From: Octopus bimaculoides
Taxonomy: Eukaryota
Direction of reading: 5' to 3'
NCBI RefSeq assembly: GCF_001194135.2
Contig: NC_068990.1
Span: 61,505,252 to 61,569,236 of the forward strand
Length of the DNA: 63,985 bases
Position 1 is the first letter of the stretch, and every line of letters begins with the position of its first letter. The notes under the pieces were generated by a model. The model had not been told where the DNA came from and searched no databases. It saw only the letters and a list, made by a program, of their open reading frames with translations. The translations under genes were made by a program, and so were the position numbers. This document shows, piece after piece, positions 61,473-63,985 of the stretch.

Positions 61473-61787
61473 ATANNNNNNNNNNNNNNNNNNNNNNNNN
61501 NNNNNNNNNNNNNNNNNNNNNNNNNNNNNNNNNNNNNNNNNNNNNNNNNNNNNNNNNNNNNNNNNNNNNNNNNNNNNNNNNNNNNNNNNNNNNNNNNNNN
61601 NNNNNNNNNNNNNNNNNNNNNNNNNNNNNNNNNNNNNNNNNNNNNNNNNNNNNNNNNNNNNNNNNNNNNNNNNNNNNNNNNNNNNNNNNNNNNNNNNNNN
61701 NNNNNNNNNNNNNNNNNNNNNNNNNNNNNNNNNNNNNNNNNNNNNNNNNNNNNNNNNNNNNNNNNNNNNNNNNNNNNNNNNNNNNNN

Positions 61788-61853
<66 letters not shown>

Positions 61854-61935
61854 ATGTGTGTGTGTGTGTGCATGTATGTATATATGCATATATATATGTG
61901 TGTGTGCGTATGTGTGTTTGTGTGCATATATATAT
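61120..61935. repeat. Compound (TACA)/(TA)/(TG) microsatellite spanning a gap
   Basis: Direct reading. Confidence 0.9.
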
Positions 61936-62298
61936 AATGTACTGATCCATGAGCAAAATTCAAAAGTACTCCATCTGGTGAGGGATAAGCATTATTTAAT
62001 ACATGTATTGTGACCTTAAATGAATTATATATATAGGCTTAATGCTTTTAGCTTAAGTCCCTGTCACCTTGTGGGATTCAAATAGTCTTAGTACTAGAGA
62101 TATGCAAAACTATAATGACTTTCCAGAAATCGACTGATGAAGGAATCTTCTGTGAATGGTCTGTGCATCTTATTTCTGTCCTGTTTGCTATTCATTATGT
62201 TATTGTCTATGTTATTGCTTATGTTATGTTATCGTCTATTTTTCCGAATGTTGTTTTTTTGTTCAATTCCGCTTGTTATGTTCTTTTTGTCCTAACTT

Positions 62299-62338
<40 letters not shown>

Positions 62339-63044
62339 TCTAATTCATTGAAATACACACACACATATATGTATGTATGTTTGTATATATGTATGCATGT
62401 ATGTATATGTTTATGTAAAACATCTATTTTAATGAAAACTAACTAAAAAATGCTGTAAGAAATAAATCATTCATGTTTATTAGTCAGAGACACCATCAGC
62501 ACAAAAAACACAACAGATAAGTTAATGTTAACATATTTAATGTAGTGAGTATCAAAAATCTAAATAGAAATATTTATATGGTGAGCAAGCAAACATTAAC
62601 CCAGTCACTGAATTATTTCAGTTATGTTGACAACTATGAGAAGTAACTCTGAACTTGTTTTGGTTTTATACTTTTTCAGCAAAGTGTAGACTTTATCATT
62701 TGAAAACTCCATTGACAAAGTTAAATTACATTAAAATCTAACTAGAAATTCTGCCTGGAGATCAGTTTAGCCAAAAACTTGACAAGAATAGATTATCACC
62801 TGCCAGAATTAATAGATTAGTCTTCCAAGATTCATTCCTCATAAGTGAAATATGTGTCATAAAATTTATTAATCCAAAGAATTATCATTATACCTAAAAA
62901 AAAAAATGATTTTTTTATCACATTTCACATTTACTAGTATTTTGATGAAAAATTTATTCAATTTATTTAATTTGATATTTAATTTTTACAGTTAACTTTC
63001 ATGTGTAAAACAAACTTGCTAAAGCTTCAAAATGGTCAATAGAG

Positions 63045-63195
63045 GGCTGTGTGGTAAGATGATTGCTTCCCAACCACATGGTTTTGGTTTCAGTCCCACA
63101 ACGGGATACCTTAGGCAGGTGTCTTCTACTATAGCCCCTGCCTGTCCAAAGTGTTGTGAGTGGATTTGATAGACAGAAACTGAAAGAAGCCCATT
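63045..63195 (+). mobile_element. SINE family B head
   Basis: GGCTGTGTGGTAAGATGATTGCTTCCCAACCACATGG...GAAACTGAAAGAAGCCC. Confidence 0.8.
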
Positions 63196-63227
63196 GTGTG
63201 TGTGTGTGCATGTGTGTGTGCATGTGT

Positions 63228-63258
<31 letters not shown>

Positions 63259-63905
63259 NNNNNNNNNNNNNNNNNNNNNNNNNNNNNNNNNNNNNNNNNN
63301 NNNNNNNNNNNNNNNNNNNNNNNNNNNNNNNNNNNNNNNNNNNNNNNNNNNNNNNNNNNNAAAAAAAAAAAAAAAAGAAGAAGATAAAGAAGAGAGGTGT
63401 TAAAAGGTTTGAAAATGTTCCACAATAAGATTCTGAGCTGATACATTATAAGAACAAACAGTAAAACAAAGACACTTAAGTAAATTGCTTACAATGCATA
63501 CAGAGTCAAGTTTATAAACTTCTGCTTGAAAAGTAAGCCAGCTCTCAGTATTAGTCCACTCAAGCAGGTATAGAAATCACATTGTCAACTGCTAGATTCT
63601 ACAAGAATTCTCATATAATTTTGACAGCATCGAAGCAGTTATTCGGTACACTTGTAATAATATAGCAAACAAAATAAATTTCTGCTACTTGTTTCTTTCA
63701 GGCAATCAGGCAAGCAGCACTTCTGTTTTTTTTTTTTTTTTTCAAGAATTTAGGGGTTAAGGGGGCCCATTTCATGGTATGTTATTCAACTGAACTAAAA
63801 CGAAAATTAAATAGTTCTTTTTCAGGGAAAGAATTCCACTGAAATTATCATTGCCTAAATATCTCACCAACTCATTTTGTAGAATTTAATTAACTGACAT
63901 GCAAT

Positions 63906-63959
<54 letters not shown>

Positions 63960-63985
63960 ATGTGTATAAATCCGTATATATGTAT

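Noticed and set aside
1-63985. Conserved bilaterian miRNAs, rRNA or snRNA genes
   Set aside because: No match to the mature sequences I could recall while reading; this was a by-eye check, so lineage-specific small RNAs are not excluded.

Overview
AT-rich eukaryotic genomic DNA from a gapped draft assembly (about 12 N-runs, most bordered by microsatellites). The SINE families and microsatellite load suggest an octopus/cephalopod genome; this is an inference, not database-checked. The window is mostly repeats. It holds dozens of tRNA-derived SINEs from three families and four probable solo LTRs, three with perfect TSDs. Non-LTR fragments include R4/Dong-like, RTE, CR1 and Penelope-like pieces. 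DNA-transposon material includes Tc1 and Tigger remnants and several foldback/MITE elements. There are two decayed Ty3/gypsy elements: a CsRn1-type with a CHCC Gag motif, and a two-LTR Gmr1-type with a tRNA-Pro PBS, SCAN-like Gag and integrase-before-RT order. No intact protein-coding gene is visible; the only good host-gene signal is one 88-nt minus-strand exon candidate (4492-4579). Top items: a type I hammerhead ribozyme with a complete core at 40799-40875 (with a degenerate candidate on the opposite strand about 275 nt away), and the Gmr1-like element, whose two large internal deletions both keep the reading frame. Most long ORFs in the supplied track are microsatellite or N-gap artefacts.
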